The notes under the pieces are model-generated. The model saw only the letters and a list, made by a program, of their open reading frames with translations. It did no database searches and had not been told where the DNA came from. Below are positions 60,878-64,000 of a stretch of 64,000 nucleotides of DNA, piece after piece (position 1 is the stretch's first letter; the number at the start of each line of letters is the position of its first letter). The position numbers and the translations under genes were made by a program. The stretch comes from Adineta vaga (lineage: Eukaryota > Animalia > Rotifera), in NCBI GenBank assembly GCA_021613535.1, contig CP075494.1, positions 6,200,001 through 6,264,000 of the forward strand. The letters run 5' to 3'.

Positions 60878-61720
60878 ATGGGTAAGAAACGAAAAGATTC
60901 ATCAAGTGATCACGATGAAATGGTAGAAGAATCAACAACTTCTGCTGATCCAACTGAATCGAATGAAAAAACACTTGATGCTGTTGAAAAGAAGAAGAAA
61001 ATTACACCTGGTGTTATCTATCTCAGTCGTATTCCAAATAAAATGAATGTTACACTTATTCGATCATATTTTGATCAGTACGGTCATACTGGACGCATCT
61101 ATCTAGAATTATCGAGTAAATTATGAGATTTCTTTTCTAATTTTGACATTTCTTTTTTTTCTATTTCAAAGAAAATGAAGGAAAAAGTAAACGAGATCGC
61201 GGTCCTAAATATACCGAAGGTTGGATTGAATTTAAATCGAAACGTGAAGCTAAACTTATTACTAAACAATTGAATAATCAACAAGTTGGTGGACGACGAC
61301 GAACGCCATGGTATGATGATATTTGGAATATCAAGTAAATAGACAAGTCTTTCATTTATGTTTTTCTTTCTAAATATGTTGTTTCATTCGATTAGATATC
61401 TATCGAAATTTCGTTGGGCACATCTTCATGAACGATTTCAATATGAAAATGAAGTACGAAAGAAACGTTTACGACAAGAAGTACTTCAAGCTAAACATGA
61501 AGCGAATTTGTATATTGAAAATGTTGAAAAAGGACGAAAATTACGTATATTGGAAAAGAAAATGAAAACAACACCGCAAGAATTAAATATTCGTGAATGG
61601 AATTATGACCAACAAGATCCACATGAAGCTGCTATGCGACGAAAATCGAAGAAAAAAGAACAACAACAACAATCAACAGGACTCACTGAAAATTTGTTAA
61701 AACAAATTTTTCCATCTTGA
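60878..61720 (+). CDS. ABT1: Activator of basal transcription 1 / Esf2 pre-rRNA processing factor; 3 exons
   Basis: PGVIYLSRIP..GRIYL..YTEGWIEFKSKREAK..LNNQQVGGRRR..WYDDIWNIKYLSKFRWAHLHER. Confidence 0.93.
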
Positions 61721-64000
61721 AAGAAATAAAGAATCATCTTCGAATTTCTTATTCGATTATTTTCTACTTAATAATATTAAAAAGACCAGAAAAAGTATAG
61801 AACGATTAACAGCCGAAAGAAACCTTACGGTTATTAAACAATACATACATCAATCGAACAAACATTCGATTGAAAAACGCTATTAGGCTAAGTGAAAAAT
61901 AAAAACTCTTACTAAATATACATCTATTTTAAAAAGTTGCTCACTATTTTCTCAAAAAGAAAACATCGAATCCTGCCGAAAGTGAGAATAGTACACATCG
62001 TTATCTTTATTTGGTCGAATTTTCATTAACAAACATTTGTAATATCTTAAAAAAACAATCGAAATAAACGAAAATGAGATTTCTTATTCTAGTTATTTTT
62101 TGCTTGATTTTCTCCGCGATTCAATTGCTGACTAGCTAGAGGCATAGAGGTACGTTGTATGCTTGCACTTATCTTTTCTAGCGCGTATGTTTATTCAAAT
62201 TAGTCTAGCCAATTTTCCTGTTCATCGAATGAATGCATTTCGTTCTTTCTATGGTAATGGAACAAGTTAAACAAACATTCCGCCTCTCTCTCTCTCTCTC
62301 AGCTTCTTTCTGACAACTCCTCCGCCTTAACCAATTCAAGCACGTAAAAAGAAAACGAACGAATAGGAATTGATGTTGTTCTTTTTTGAGATTTCATCAT
62401 TGTGAGAAGTGTGGAGCTTTTGTTCATTCAATTTCAAGTTCTTCGCAAACAATTCAGAGAAAAAAAACGAGAATTATGAATGTTGAGAATAGTACATTAC
62501 ACTCAAGTTTATAGAAGCACAAACACATAGAAAAAAATGTCCGTGCAATACCCGAGGGTCAATCAACTGTTGCCTTGAATCAACAACCATTAGACTTTAA
62601 CCTATAAAAATTGATGTGAGCAACAGTTGGATGAAAAACATGATCATCAATCAGACAGTTGTGTGCCGTTCTCATCAATTCATCAAGAGGGAGAGAGAGA
62701 GAGAGAGAAGAAAATGACTTCATTAGAAAATTAACTAAGAAAAACAGAATCTAGTTTGCTTGTCTTCATTTAATATTCATTCGCATTGCTTACATAAGAA
62801 ATCAAATTGAAAGTTAGAATGAATGAACAAACATCTCAACTGTTACTTTTTGTTGTCATTTCATTTGCACATTGTTAATCGAAAAGTCAAGTGGATGATG
62901 ATGAACAAGAAGATTTTCCTCAATCGGCTGCATATTTTCACATAGATCACTGTCATATACGTCATACCGGATGTCTATTTTTCAATCTATCAATCAATGA
63001 AATCATCAGTTTCTTCCTCTCCAAGCATCATTAATTGTGAATTTCTTGTTAGAAATCTTCTTCGAATGTGAAACAACGTCCATATGGGAATTTGATTAGA
63101 AACTTTCCTTTTATTTTCTTGTTCAGTTATGTTTATCTAGACTTACAGTAGTAAAGAAATGTGCCAAATGAATTGTTTTCTTAACATTAACTACCATATG
63201 TGAATCTTGTCGGTTCAATCAGATGAAATGATCAAGACATATTGGTGATGATGCATACGAATGGTTTAAACTTTCACATTAGAAATAATAAAAAAAGAAA
63301 AATAAGTATTCAATGTTGACTATAAAAAAGTATAGGTTTCTATAAAAAAACAAAAAAAACACATTTTATATTCTCTTTTAACATGTTAAAGAGAGAGAAA
63401 AACAAAGAAGAGAGGCTAGGATAACAAAGTTTAGTATGAGATCTCGTCAATGAATGTGTGTTTATGTTACAAATCTGTATAAATATACGCTTTGATCAAA
63501 AAAAATCTAACCCATTAGGAAAAAAAGAACGATCGCGGGACGATGCAGCAGAATAGAGAAAGTGTAAGATGATGATAGACATAACTAACAATCGTTTTGA
63601 TTCTGGCCATGAATTCTTTTATTTGAAGACAAATTTATCTTTGAAAATGAACAAGTACAATTCATATTGGCAGTTAATTTCTTTTATGGTATATTTCCAT
63701 GCCTTACGGCTAACAAATGAAACCTTTTATCAAAATCAGCATCGACTAGAAAACAGATGAACACCTTGTGATGACGATAGCAATGTGTTTAAACAAATAT
63801 TATTTCAACTCTGTTACTGATCTTAAATGGCCGCGTGACGAACTTCATTCAATACAAATTATATCCGATAGGCAAAATCAAAGTTTGATTAGAAGCGGCG
63901 CCGGAAGAATGGATTATCTACATGTGTCAAAGATCATTTCATAACTGGTAAAAAAAGATTTTCTTTCTTTCATTCTCCTCTCTCTCTCTCTCGCTCGATC

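Noticed and set aside
61750-64000. Long non-coding end of the window with GA microsatellites and a 63-aa ORF
   Set aside because: No coding signal or splice-consistent model; probably regulatory DNA of a gene outside the window.

Overview
AT-rich, gene-dense animal genomic DNA with many ~50-60 nt GT-AG introns. Intron size, composition and intronless foreign-looking genes point to a bdelloid rotifer (inference). About 22 protein-coding genes can be reconstructed by hand. Recognisable genes are TBPL1/TRF2, mS38/AURKAIP1-like, Rab11, PKD2, an eag (Kv10) K+ channel, a 5-Ig Kirre/NEPH-like receptor, TMEM39, SPCS3, TACC, TDRD3, FAM135, RPS27, Suv4-20, PDCD6/ALG-2 and ABT1. There are also several lineage-specific orphans and two probable horizontally acquired genes: a bacterial KNTase-like nucleotidyltransferase and a GT15 mannosyltransferase with altered active-site residues. 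Most notable: (1) PDCD6 carries a duplicated EF2-EF3 module (one 159-nt exon versus a 91+68-nt exon pair), probably spliced mutually exclusively, with an AG|GTATGT recursive-type junction. (2) Tightly packed co-directional genes have a 3' splice acceptor just before the ATG (TDRD3-TACC-SPCS3 and others) and look like SL-trans-spliced operons. (3) The two HGT candidates. (4) A diverged tandem pair of small Cys-loop single-pass proteins. No rRNA, tRNA, CRISPR array or transposase could be supported. Exon boundaries were read manually and may be off by a few nt.
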